NCBI GenBank assembly: GCA_963849325.1
Contig: CAWKHF010000004.1
Coordinates: 32,001-96,000, forward strand
DNA length: 64,000 bases
Source of the DNA: an uncultured Planctomycetota bacterium
Lineage (GTDB): Bacteria > Planctomycetota > Planctomycetia > Gemmatales > Gemmataceae
Direction: 5' to 3'
Shown here: one piece after another, positions 1 to 10,327 of the stretch
Layout: each line of letters opens with the position of its first letter
Position numbering within the stretch: the first letter of the stretch is position 1
Made by a program: the position numbers and the translations under genes
Notes under the pieces: model-generated
Databases searched by the model: none
The model's input: only the letters and a program-made list of their open reading frames with translations
What the model was told of the DNA's origin: nothing

Positions 1-1
1 C

Positions 2-3000
2 TCCACGGTTTCCGGAGGCGGTTACATTGGTGCCTGGCTCGCGGCCTGGATCAAACGGGAGGGAAATCCGCTGGAGGTGGAGCAACAGCTCAAACCCAAT
101 CGGGAGAAACAGGCGGAGGCTCGTCGCCTGCTGGCCAAGGACATGGTCGTGGAAGAGGAGCCGGAGCCGATTTACCACCTCCGTTCTTTCAGCAATTACC
201 TCTCGCCGCGCATGGGTTGGTTCTCCATCGACACCTGGACCCTGGTGTCGATCTATTTGCGAAACTTTCTGCTGAACCTGGCCGTGCTCGTTCCCATGAT
301 GCTGGCGCTGGTTCTGCTCTCGCGTCTGCTCCTGCTGGTGTTTTATTGGCAGCCGCCAGCCTCGATCTCCTGGTTGCCGTCGCTGGGCTGTGTGGTGTTT
401 GCGACCTTCTTGCTTGTGATTGCCTTTGTCAACCTCACGGGGGTGTTGCGGGACCAACTTCAGACTCCGCCGTCGCCCGCGGCGACGGAGTCTTCCGCTG
501 CCTCCCGGAAGATTCCGTATTGGGAAACCCTGTCGCCTCGAAGGCGAGTTGCTTTCCAGCTGCATGTGTGGGTGTTCGTCCCCCTGCTCACCGCGTCCCT
601 CTTCATCTCCTGGCTGTTTCGTGGAAACTTCCTTTCCTTCACTCCGCGGAACTGGGAAGTTCCGGAACGGCCCCTCATCCTCTCGCTCGGTTTCGGCATC
701 GTTTTCGGATTCGTTCTCGGATTCGTCCGATTCGTCGTTCTCTTCTGCCTCTGCTGCAAGCCCAAGATCGAGGACGCTCTGTGGACGGCCTTTTACAGTT
801 TCCTCTCGGGCTTGCTGGGAGGTTTCCTGTTCTCGATTTACTTTATGGCCGGACTGTGGACCCGTTACGAAGCGATGCAGCCGGCGGCCGCGCTGGCGTT
901 CGGACCGCCTGTGTTTCTTGGCGTATTCCTGCTTGGAGTTGTGATGGAAATCGGCCTTCACGGCCGGAAGCTCGAGGAGAACACGCGCGAATGGTGGGGG
1001 ACGATCGGAGGATATCTCCTGATCTACCTCGTCGGCTGGCTGGCCTTCTTCGCGATCACTCTCTTCAGCGAACCGCTGCTGGAATGGCTCAATCTGACGC
1101 AATGGATCAACGATCGCTTGCTCAAGACCGGACTGGCCGCGACCTGGATCACGACGGCGGTGGCGGGTGCCTTGTCGGGGCGCAGTCAACAGACGCGGAA
1201 CGGACTGGGCAACCGCGGCCTGGAGTGGCTGGGCATCATCGCTCCGCCCGTGTTCGTGGTCGGCCTCCTGGTGGTTGTCTCCCACTTCGCCACCGCCCTT
1301 GTCGAGGGCCCCGACCAGGACTACTGGGAACGGGTGAAGTCCACGCAGTTTCACGGGGTGGTGATCTGGCTCGTTGTGGGTGTGGGATTCGCTCTCCTCA
1401 GTGGCAAGCACGGCGATGTCAATCTCTTCTCTCAGCACGGCACGTATGCCAACCGCTTGATCCGCTGCTATCTCGGGGCTTCCCGGCGGAAGCTCAGCTG
1501 GCGCAAACGCGACGGCGACGACCTGTTGCGGGGCACTCCGGCCACGCTGAAACCTCCCGAGCGGCGCATCCGGGATTGGAGGACGGGACGGGGCGGAGCT
1601 CCCACCGGCAACGATGAGAGCCACGAGCGCCAGGCGGACCTGATCACCGGGTTTGATCCCGACGACGACATTCTGCTCAGCGATCTCCAGATTGGAAAGA
1701 TGCACACGGACCAGAAAACCTACTGGGGGCCTTTCCTGATCGTCAACACCGCCCTGAATCTCGAAACGGGTGATGAGCTGGCCTGGCAAGAGCGCAAGGC
1801 CGACTCCTTCGTGCTAACGTCGCTGTCCGGCGGCAGCAAAACAACGGGTTACCGATCGCTACCGTCTTACAACCCCGAGCAGCCCGAGCAGTCGAGTAAT
1901 CTCACCATCGGTCGCGCCATGGCCATCTCCGGCGCCGCGGCCAGCCCCAACATGGGCTATCACTCCTCGCCGCCCCTGGCGTTCCTGATGACCATCTTCA
2001 ACGTGCGCCTGGGGTGGTGGATGCAGAACCCACGCCGATCCGGTTGGCGAGCCGGCAGCCCGGCCCGGTGGGACCTGATCCTGCACGAGTTGCTCGGTCA
2101 AGCCAACGAGAAGGGGCGCTATATTTACCTTTCCGACGGCGGCCACTTCGAGAACCTCGGCGCCTACGAGCTGATCCGTCGCCGTTGCCGGTTCATCGTC
2201 ATCTGTGACGCGGACGCGGATCCTCTCTACAACTTCTTCGACCTGGGAAACTTGGTCCGCAAGTGCCGCAATGATTTCGGCATTCGCATCGAGATCAACG
2301 TCGCCGCCCTTCGACCCCAGGGAACCGACCGACGCAGCCGCTGGCACTGCGCCATCGGCGCCATTCGCTACGATGATCTCAACAGCAATTTTCTGCCGGG
2401 CATCCTCGTTTACCTCAAGTCGTCCCTGACCGGCAATGAACCGTCCGACATCCTGGCTTACGCGGACCAGTTCCCGACTTTCCCGCATCAGAGCACCGCG
2501 AACCAGTTCTTTACCGAGTCCCAGTTCGAGAGTTACCGCGGCCTGGGCTTCCACATTATCCAGGAGGTCTTCGGCGAGGTGACCCATCGGCATGACATCA
2601 AGTGTGAACGGGAGCCGAGCGAAGACGAGATGACGACGAACCGGCAGATCTTTTCCCGGTTGCGTCGTCGCTGGTTCCCGCCTCCGCCCAACCTGGAACC
2701 GAACTTCCTGGAGTCCGTGAAGGGATTTCTGGCCGTACACCAGGCGTTGCGTCGCGAGAAATCCCTCGCGGACCTGACCAGCGATTTGTACCCGGAAATG
2801 GAGAACCTGTTACGGGACCAATCCGAGGATGGCGAGGACCGTGAGGAGCAGATGGGCGAGGGCCAGCAAACTCCTCCGCCGGAAACTCCAGAGGCAGCAG
2901 CCGCGGCGACCAACCCGTTACACGGGGAGACGCCGGCCGAACCGGCGCAAGGTGTCGAAGGGAAGCACGGTCCAGCGTTGAATGCCGAGGATCCTGGCGG

Positions 3001-3973
3001 AGCCAATCCCGGATCGGCGAACGGCCGGAAGACGAAGGAAGCGGCGGAAGCCCGGAATCGGCATGGCGCCGAATTGCACGCCGTCAGCCTGATGCTTCAG
3101 GTCATGGAGAACGCCTGGCTGGGCTTGAAACTCGGTCAGTATTACGAACACCCCCTCAACCGCGGCTGGATGACCGTGTTCCGCCGCTGGTCGAACACCG
3201 AAGCCTTCAGCAAACATTGGCCGGCGCTGCGCGGCCAATATAGTCAGGAGTTCGTCTGGTTCTGCGAGAAGGAGCTGAAACTCCTGATGTGGGACATCCG
3301 TGCCCAGCGACTCTCGTCGAAGATGACGCCTCTCCTGGACGACATCCGAAACGATCGGATCATGGATGACAAGCCTTGTCCTCCGAATGATTCCGAGAAG
3401 CGCGACCTGGCAAATCTGAGCAAGGAATTCGCCTTCGACTGGTTCCGGGAAGACGAAGAGCGCCGAGGGTTGCCGGACCTCCTGAAAAAAGCGCTTGAGC
3501 TGTCGGATCAGCTCAAAAGGGAACCCTACATCTGGATCATTCGCTTGACCAACGCCAGCAAGGAAGGGGAGAAAGTTCTGGGAGAAGGGAACGCCGTGTA
3601 CGCTTGCGGGGTCATTCTGCTGTTCAAGCCCCTCTTCCCCAAGGAGACAACAGACCCCAAAGAGACAACAGACCCGGGGAACCAATTCGAGTTTTTTGTC
3701 TGGATCGATGGTCCGTACCGCAACCAGAGCATCGGCCGTGATCCAGACTGTGTGCAGCAAGCTCTCAAGACGATTCGGTCGGAGTTGAAAACGGAGTTGA
3801 ACAAGGAGTTCTTCCTGTTCGCTCGCTATCCGGAAGAAGGGAAGGCGGAGGGAAACGAGCCGCTCGAACGGTCGCTGTGGTCAAACTTCTTCCATTACTA
3901 CGACTTCCATCGCGCCAAATCCGAGGAGTTCGGGCGCAAGCAGGATTTGATCTTCGTCTCGCGGTCGAACTGA
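2..3973 (+). CDS. Large membrane patatin/cPLA2-like phospholipase with a C-terminal GNAT-like extension (5' end outside the window)
   Basis: Frame is open from base 2 and reads STVSGGGYIG (nucleophile elbow). It continues with many hydrophobic TM-like segments, AISGAAASPNMG, and LSDGGHFENLG (catalytic Asp motif, ~2126-2155). The C-terminal ~150 aa contain VWIDGPYRNQSIG and FFHYYDF. Confidence 0.85.
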   Translation, partial: STVSGGGYIGAWLAAWIKREGNPLEVEQQLKPNREKQAEARRLLAKDMVVEEEPEPIYHLRSFSNYLSPRMGWFSIDTWTLVSIYLRNFLLNLAVLVPMMLALVLLSRLLLLVFYWQPPASISWLPSLGCVVFATFLLVIAFVNLTGVLRDQLQTPPSPAATESSAASRKIPYWETLSPRRRVAFQLHVWVFVPLLTASLFISWLFRGNFLSFTPRNWEVPERPLILSLGFGIVFGFVLGFVRFVVLFCLCCKPKIEDALWTAFYSFLSGLLGGFLFSIYFMAGLWTRYEAMQPAAALAFGPPVFLGVFLLGVVMEIGLHGRKLEENTREWWGTIGGYLLIYLVGWLAFFAITLFSEPLLEWLNLTQWINDRLLKTGLAATWITTAVAGALSGRSQQTRNGLGNRGLEWLGIIAPPVFVVGLLVVVSHFATALVEGPDQDYWERVKSTQFHGVVIWLVVGVGFALLSGKHGDVNLFSQHGTYANRLIRCYLGASRRKLSWRKRDGDDLLRGTPATLKPPERRIRDWRTGRGGAPTGNDESHERQADLITGFDPDDDILLSDLQIGKMHTDQKTYWGPFLIVNTALNLETGDELAWQERKADSFVLTSLSGGSKTTGYRSLPSYNPEQPEQSSNLTIGRAMAISGAAASPNMGYHSSPPLAFLMTIFNVRLGWWMQNPRRSGWRAGSPARWDLILHELLGQANEKGRYIYLSDGGHFENLGAYELIRRRCRFIVICDADADPLYNFFDLGNLVRKCRNDFGIRIEINVAALRPQGTDRRSRWHCAIGAIRYDDLNSNFLPGILVYLKSSLTGNEPSDILAYADQFPTFPHQSTANQFFTESQFESYRGLGFHIIQEVFGEVTHRHDIKCEREPSEDEMTTNRQIFSRLRRRWFPPPPNLEPNFLESVKGFLAVHQALRREKSLADLTSDLYPEMENLLRDQSEDGEDREEQMGEGQQTPPPETPEAAAAATNPLHGETPAEPAQGVEGKHGPALNAEDPGGANPGSANGRKTKEAAEARNRHGAELHAVSLMLQVMENAWLGLKLGQYYEHPLNRGWMTVFRRWSNTEAFSKHWPALRGQYSQEFVWFCEKELKLLMWDIRAQRLSSKMTPLLDDIRNDRIMDDKPCPPNDSEKRDLANLSKEFAFDWFREDEERRGLPDLLKKALELSDQLKREPYIWIIRLTNASKEGEKVLGEGNAVYACGVILLFKPLFPKETTDPKETTDPGNQFEFFVWIDGPYRNQSIGRDPDCVQQALKTIRSELKTELNKEFFLFARYPEEGKAEGNEPLERSLWSNFFHYYDFHRAKSEEFGRKQDLIFVSRSN
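3638..3677 (+). repeat. 18-bp in-frame tandem repeat (PKETTD x2)
   Basis: cccaaggagacaacagac / cccaaagagacaacagac. Confidence 0.8.
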
Positions 3974-4016
3974 CCCGCGCGGCCGCTTCTCATCGCAATG
4001 AGGGGGAACCATCTCC

Positions 4017-6742
4017 ATGCTACGTCCAGAGGCCCGGCCGCTCGATTGGGCAGTGCTCGACCAGGCCCAACAAAAGGCCACCCACCGAGTCCTGACCTTG
4101 CTCCAGGAGGCCGTCGCGGATCTTCTCTTTGGAAAGGCCGCGACACGAAGTCAAGGACCAGCGCGACAGCGCCTTTCCCCTCGACCACGACCGCTCCAGC
4201 CGCATCCTCCTTCTTTCCGGAGAAAGAGGCACCGGGAAGACCACCGTGCTGCTGTCCCTCATTCAGCTCACGGAAGAGAAGAGCGGTTCGCTCCCGGAGG
4301 ACGTGAGCAAAGTGTTGGGCGACCTGAGCCACCGGCTGGTCTGGCTGGCTCCGATCGACATGGAGCCGTTGGCCGAGCCGACCAATCTCCTGGCGGCGAT
4401 TCTAGCTCGTTTCAGCGAGGCGGCGCGGGGGCGGGGCGGGGAGGAACGCGACGTCGGCGGTCTGCTCGAGTCCCGGTCGGAATCGCGCGATACGCTGCTG
4501 CAACTACAGCATCTGGAGACCAACGTCGCCCTGGCTTGGGATGGCAACCTGGCCGCTCGCGGCGGCCAGCTCGATCCGGACAACTTCGCGGTCGAGGTGA
4601 TGCGGACGGAACGCGCCCGCCTGGCCCTGAATCGAAGCCTCAAACTGGCCCTCGACGATCTGGCTCGGAAGGTGTTCGGCAAGGATGGGCGCGACGGCGT
4701 GAGCAATCCGCTGTTCGTGCTGCCGGTGGACGACTTTGACCTCAATCCGCTGCGCTGCCTGGATCTGCTGCGCGTCTTGCGGATGGTCTCCGTGCCGCGT
4801 CTGTTCACTCTGGTGCTGGGCGACGTCAAGGTGGCGGAGATGCTCTTCAACCTCAAGCTCTCCGGCGACTTCGCCCGTCTGGCGGGAAGGTCCGGGCGCG
4901 AGGACTTGCTGTCACTGTCCGCGGAGGACGTGCGGGGCCTGGCCGGCGAGGTTGCCGCCAACGCCATCCGCAAGCTCCTCCCTCCGGGGCAGATCATTCG
5001 GCTGGAACACATGGCCCCGGCCGAGGCCTTGAACTACGCCCCGGCGCCAGACAAACCGACGCTGCACCGCGTGCTGGCCGCCAGTCCCCTTCGCGTCGAT
5101 TCCCGCTACCAGCTGGCGTATCGCATGGCCAACCTGGCGGAGTTTTTCCAGCTGGACCCACTGGAGACGCGTCTTCCCGAATCAGCGGTGAAGAGAGCGG
5201 AACAGCCGGCCCCGGTGGGTCCGGGTGCGGAAATCGCGCGGAGCGTCTACACGGGAAGATGGGTCTTGAGCAACTCGCCGCGTCGCATTGCGGACCTCTG
5301 GCACGAGTTGGAACTTCACCTGTCGAAAACGGCTCGCGAGACGCTGGTGAGGGGAAAGCTGCCGCGGGAGTTGGCAGCTTCCTACGATCACCGTGCGCGC
5401 GATCGTCGGCGTGTTCGCCAATCACTGCCAGCGCAGCATCGCGGAAGACAGCCGGCTGCCGGATCGCGGGCGGCGAACCTTGCTCCACGCCATTCACAAG
5501 AACCGCGATGGCTACTGGGAATTGGATACGCGGGCCTATACGGTGAAATCGAAGACGGGGACGGCGTACGCCTTCGGAATCCCTCGCAGTACGGATTTCG
5601 TCGCGCGACCGGCAACCGTGCCGGACAAGAAAGGGAAAGGGAAGAATGCAACCTCCAGGATGCTGGAACCTCCCTATCAGCGCGTCGTCGCCTACCGCAC
5701 AAACGGCTGGTCCATTCGGGTCCCTCCCGACAAGCCGAAACAAGCTGTCGAACTCGATGACGCCACGGCGGCCGCCCTGATCGCCTTTCACGATCTCATC
5801 ATTTTGGCGAACCTCGGCACTCAGGGCATGGGAATCTGGGAGGAAATGGTGCGCCGGCGGACCCTGGAGTGGGATTCGCCCTTGACCGAATGGCGCTGCC
5901 AGGGCCGACGCGTGCGCATCAAGTGGCCGTCGGCCAGCTGGTCCACCTTCCGGGAGTACGATTTCTTCATCAGTGCCTGGCTTCGGGTGATTAACTGGCT
6001 GGATCAGGAGTATCCACCCCTCGTCAAGACGCTCTGTCGCTTTGAGGCGCTCGCCTTCGCCTGGATCGACCTCAATCTGACGGCCCTCGATCCCTGGGCA
6101 GCGCCCCCGACGGAGGGCAGCGAAGCACTTGGGAAGACGCCAACGTGGAAGCGTCTTGCCTGGCCGGCCGGCTTCCACGCCCAGGAAACCTCCAGCCGGA
6201 AACTAGACCCCAATTGGCCCCAACTCATTCAAAACCTCGGGGATTTCGTTCAGGAGTATTACCCCGTTAACGACACCACCGGCCAGCGCGAACAGAAGTT
6301 TCATCCGAGTATGTATCGCGCGTTGGACTGGTTGACGCAGATGGCTGTCTTCCTCATGCCGGAGACACTGGGCACCAGTCTCCGCACGACCCTCGACAAG
6401 TATTTCCCCGCCGAACTGGCGGAAGATTCAATTCTGGGACGAGGCCCAAGCGAAGTCGAGGGTCTTCTGGCGCTTTACGACTATTGGAAGAGTTGCGCGG
6501 AAGACATTCGCAGCCACCGGGCGCAGAAATTCGCTTATCTTCGCTCGCGCGGAGCGGTGGATAGCGCCGAATACCTGTGGACGGCCGAACCGCCGGCCTG
6601 TTTGCGGGACGAGAAGTACAAGCCGACGGAGGATCTGATCGACTACTTCCAGGAGGAGATCAGCCGGAACGAAAAGGCTTCGAAAGGACAGGCGAAAGCC
6701 TTCCCGAGCGCGGCGCAGGATGGGGAAAGCTCTGTTTCGTAG
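4017..6742 (+). CDS. rdrA: RdrA-like P-loop ATPase of a RADAR-type defence system (~900 aa; frameshifts near 4128 and 5390)
   Basis: SD-like GAGGGGG at 4000-4006, Walker A SGERGTGKTT, LAPID, Walker B LFVLPVDDFDLN, and IRKLLPPGQII. Three consecutive ORF pieces (4017, 4129, 5393) join, and the gene lies directly upstream of a large deaminase. Confidence 0.75.
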
Positions 6743-6753
6743 GAGGACCGTTG

Positions 6754-9377
6754 GTGAGTCGCTCGCGTCTGTCCCAGATCCCGATTGATCACGTGGTGGC
6801 GGAGGTGGCGGCCTTCCCGCTCGCCTCGGAGGCCGCGTTGCGCTGCCGGACCACGGAACTGGAGCGCGGCGATCAGGGCAGCGCGGGAAGGCTGTGGCGG
6901 GAGACCGAGCGCCACGTCCTGGGGCATTTCCCGAGTTTCTCGGTAGACGAAATGGTTGCCGTGCGCGATCGGGTCTGGTTCGGCGAGCGACGCCGCACCA
7001 ACCAACCGCTCCCCCTGGTGCGCTACTTGCGAACCGTCGCCCGGTTGTATCTCCGCCGGGAGGGCGACCGCGTGGTGCCGCAGCTGCCGGACGAAGAGTG
7101 GCAGCGACGGCACGGCGCCGCCCTCACGGGACCGCTGAGAAGCGCACGCGCGGTTCGCCTGGCGCTGGCTGTCCTTCGCGCTGCCCGCCGACTTGCTGCT
7201 GGCCGCCCTCGACGGCGCGCACCTTCCCTCCAGCATCCACCTCCTTTCGCCGGCCCTTGACCGAATGCTGCGCGACCGCAACTACGCCGAAACGCACGTC
7301 CACCTGGGTTGCACTATATCCTTCCCCCACCTCTGGGTCTGTGCCCTGCGGGTGCTGGCCGACCCCGCCACCAAGCGGGAGCGAACGTTCCACAGTCCCG
7401 GCGCCTCCCTCGAGGAAGGTCGCCAGCTGGGACCGTGGCTGCTGTCAGCGGCCCTCGCCCGGTACGTGCTGGCGGCTTACCTGACCTGGGGCAGACCGGC
7501 GGGAACCTTCGCGCAGTTCCTCGCTGGTCCCGTCCGCCAGCGCGTCACCCGGGACGCCGGCGCGGCCGCCTATGCGTTGTTATCGCTGTGTCTCTCCGAG
7601 CTCCTGCGCGGCGAACTTCAGTGCGATGATTGTTCCTTCGCCAATCGCCAGGGGTTGTATGCCCACCTGACGGCGGTAACAGCCCGGCGGTTTCCCAAGG
7701 AGCTGGCGGCCATCCATACGGCCGATTCGATTGCGGTTTTCTTCCCGGCTCGCGGCGACGGCCCGACGCCCGAGATGGGCTTCATCGCGGCGGGCTTGCG
7801 GCACCTGGAACTCCAACTGGCGGAGCCTCCCGACCCGACCTTTGCCATCCTGTTCTGGCAGGTGCTGCGCATCCGAGCGCTATTCTTTCGCCACGTGGTC
7901 CAGCGTCCCATGACGCCCGGCCTCCAGTGGTTTCTCCGTTTCTACGAGCGAATGAAAGCGGTCAGCCGGATCTTCTCCAAGGAAGCGCTCTTCCACTCGG
8001 CGGCCAAGCAGGGAGGGCAGGAATTCGGCCTGAGTTCGCTTGAGGTGCGCACGGCGCCGGACGCATCGGTGCGCAAGCTGTACAAGGAAATTCAGGCGAT
8101 CGATCGCGCGGCCGCCAACTACCAGCCTTTGGAGTATGGGATAGTGTTTCACCTGGTGCGCAACCGTGGCGGAGGGGCCCTGGAAGGCGAGCCAAGGCCG
8201 CACGGACTGTGGAGTAACGCGGATCCCGATTGCCGAATCCTTCCCAGGCCGGCCGGCAATCCGACCGGCTATCGCTATGCCATGGTTTACCAGGAGAAGC
8301 GGCAGGAGGTGCTGGCCTTCGCCTGGATGCTTCGGCATTATCCGCTGTCGCTGCAAATCGTGCGCGGGCTGGATCTCTGCACGGATGAGCTGGGCGTGCC
8401 GACGTGGGTTTTCGTTCCCTTGATCCGCCACATGCAGTCGGCCGGCCAGCGCGCCTCGGCCTATCTCCGTCGCTTCGGCCTGGAGGTGCCGCCGCTGCGG
8501 CTGACGGTCCATGCGGGCGAGGACTTCGTCCACTTGCTGACGGGCCTGCGCCACGTCGATGAGGTGGGGCGCTACCTCGATCTCCGGCAAGGCAGTCGAA
8601 TCGGCCACGGCCTAGCCCTGGGGGTGGACCCGCGCGAGTCGGCGCGACGGGCCGGCCGCATTCCGGTGACCTGCGAAGAGCGGCTCTTCGATCTCGCCTG
8701 GGAGTGGGACTGGGTGGCCCGCGAAGGGATGAACTATTCGAGCTGCCGCCGCCAACTCGTGGAGCGGGAGATCGTTCGGCTCAGTGAGAAGGTCTTCGGC
8801 GATTTCCAGCTTACCCCGCACGACCTTGGCCGACTCCTCGACGATCTTCATGACCCGGTCATGCTGTGCCGAGCCGGCTTCCCCACCGGCTTTCCTCCGG
8901 GACGGAAATTCCTGCCAAATAACCGTCGTCTGCGCTGGCTTCACGCCTATCTGACGGACCCGGACCTGTTCCTGCGCAGGCGCACGATCGAGTGGGTGGA
9001 CCCCGACGCCGAAGGGCCCGTGCTTGCGGAGCTGCAATGTGGCATCCGCCGCAAGTTCGCGGAATACGGCATCGTGGTCGAGGTCAACCCCACCTCCAAC
9101 CTCCTCATCGGGGACCTTCAGGATCTTCGGAACCATCCGCTCTGGCGCCTACGTCCTCCGCGCGGCGACGGGGATTCGCCTCCGGTTTCGGTGTGCATCG
9201 GCTCGGACGATCCGCTGACTTTCGCCACCAGCCTGCCCGTGGAGTATCAATTCCTGCATGATGCCCTGACCCTAGCGGGACTCTCCGAAGAAGAGGCGCG
9301 CTCCTGGCTGGAGGGAGGCGCGGGCGTGCGGCCTGGAGAACCGCTTCACGGTCCCGCGCCTGCGGGTGGCCGATTGA
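6754..9377 (+). CDS. rdrB: RdrB-like large adenosine deaminase (~870 aa; frameshifts near 7150 and 9318; true stop 9377 or 9423)
   Basis: AGGAGG at 6741-6746 overlaps the ATPase stop codon. Adenosine-deaminase motifs appear in order: ETHVHLG, GLDLCTDE, TVHAGEDF, RIGHGLALG, EVNPTSN, GSDDP. Size is far above a housekeeping Add. Confidence 0.8.
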
Positions 9378-9649
9378 GAAATTGCGCAATGTGGAGGACA
9401 CCGTTGTTCCGTTGGTCCCTTAGCTGGGCACTTTTCTCCAACCCTTTGCCGGGCGAAGGCATCGAGAGCTTGTCCACAACCGCGTCGGATACTATGGAAC
9501 AGAAGTGAAGGCGGCTGTGCTGTTAGGAATGACGGCACGCTCTAATAGGATAGACGCGCACTCATTCGATTATTGCAACTCCCTGACCACCTGCGGTCAA
9601 GCTAAGTCGGAAACTCGGCTGTATCGGGTGTTTTTGCTTTGCTTGGTGG

Positions 9650-10251
9650 CTATCCGAGAGTACTGTCCCGATGTGCGCCCTTGACGTACTCGATGGCCCA
9701 CTTCGTGTAGTTATCCGCCGGGTAGCCGTCCTGCCACCTCTCCGCGCCGTTGACGGCGAGCAACTGCTTCTCGTAATAGGCTCCGGCATTGTCCGGGTGC
9801 TTCGGCCGATTCCACGCGATCTGGTAGTCCCAGTCGCGTCCAAAGCCGGCGTCCGTGCCGGTGTGCCACTTACCGATCTGGGCGGTGTGGTAGCCGTTGG
9901 CGCGGAATAGCGCCGGCCAGAACGGGCACCGCTTCGGATCATAGGTGCTGCCGGGGTATGGCCCCTCCATCCCCATCGACTGGATGCCGTGCGGGTGTCG
10001 CCCGGTGAGGAACGAGGCTCGCGGCGGCATGCACCATGCGCCAAGGTATGCCCCGCGGAAGCGCACGCCCGATTGGGCCAGCGCGTCGAGGTGCGGCGTC
10101 CGAATCTTCTTCTGTCCATAGCAACCGAGATCCCCCCATCCCAGGTCGTCGGCCAGGATCAGGACCATGTTCGGCTTTCGATCCGCCGCGCGGCGCCGGC
10201 CGCGAGGACCACGAATGGAACGAACGCCAGCAGCCTGCGCGTCGGCTTCAT
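9650..10251 (-). pseudogene. 3'-truncated sulfatase (frameshift near 10175)
   Basis: Signal-peptide-like start, ILADDLGWGDLG, CMPPRASFLTGR (CxPxR), IGKWH. Stops after ~200 aa at a junction near 9665. Confidence 0.8.
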
Positions 10252-10327
10252 GGAATCACCAGGTTGACAAGACCTTGTTCAGCAGCTCCGAACCAGTTCG
10301 TGCTGGGAGGCAGAGGGATCCTGCGCC

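Noticed and set aside
217-1617. 466-aa alternative-frame ORF
   Set aside because: Overlaps the phospholipase on the same strand and has off-frame, Arg/Ala/Pro-rich composition.
4100-7200. Programmed frameshifting in rdrA/rdrB
   Set aside because: No canonical slippery sites, and the break density matches the window-wide error background.
7193-9508. Housekeeping adenosine deaminase (add)
   Set aside because: More than twice the usual length and translationally coupled to an RdrA-like ATPase.
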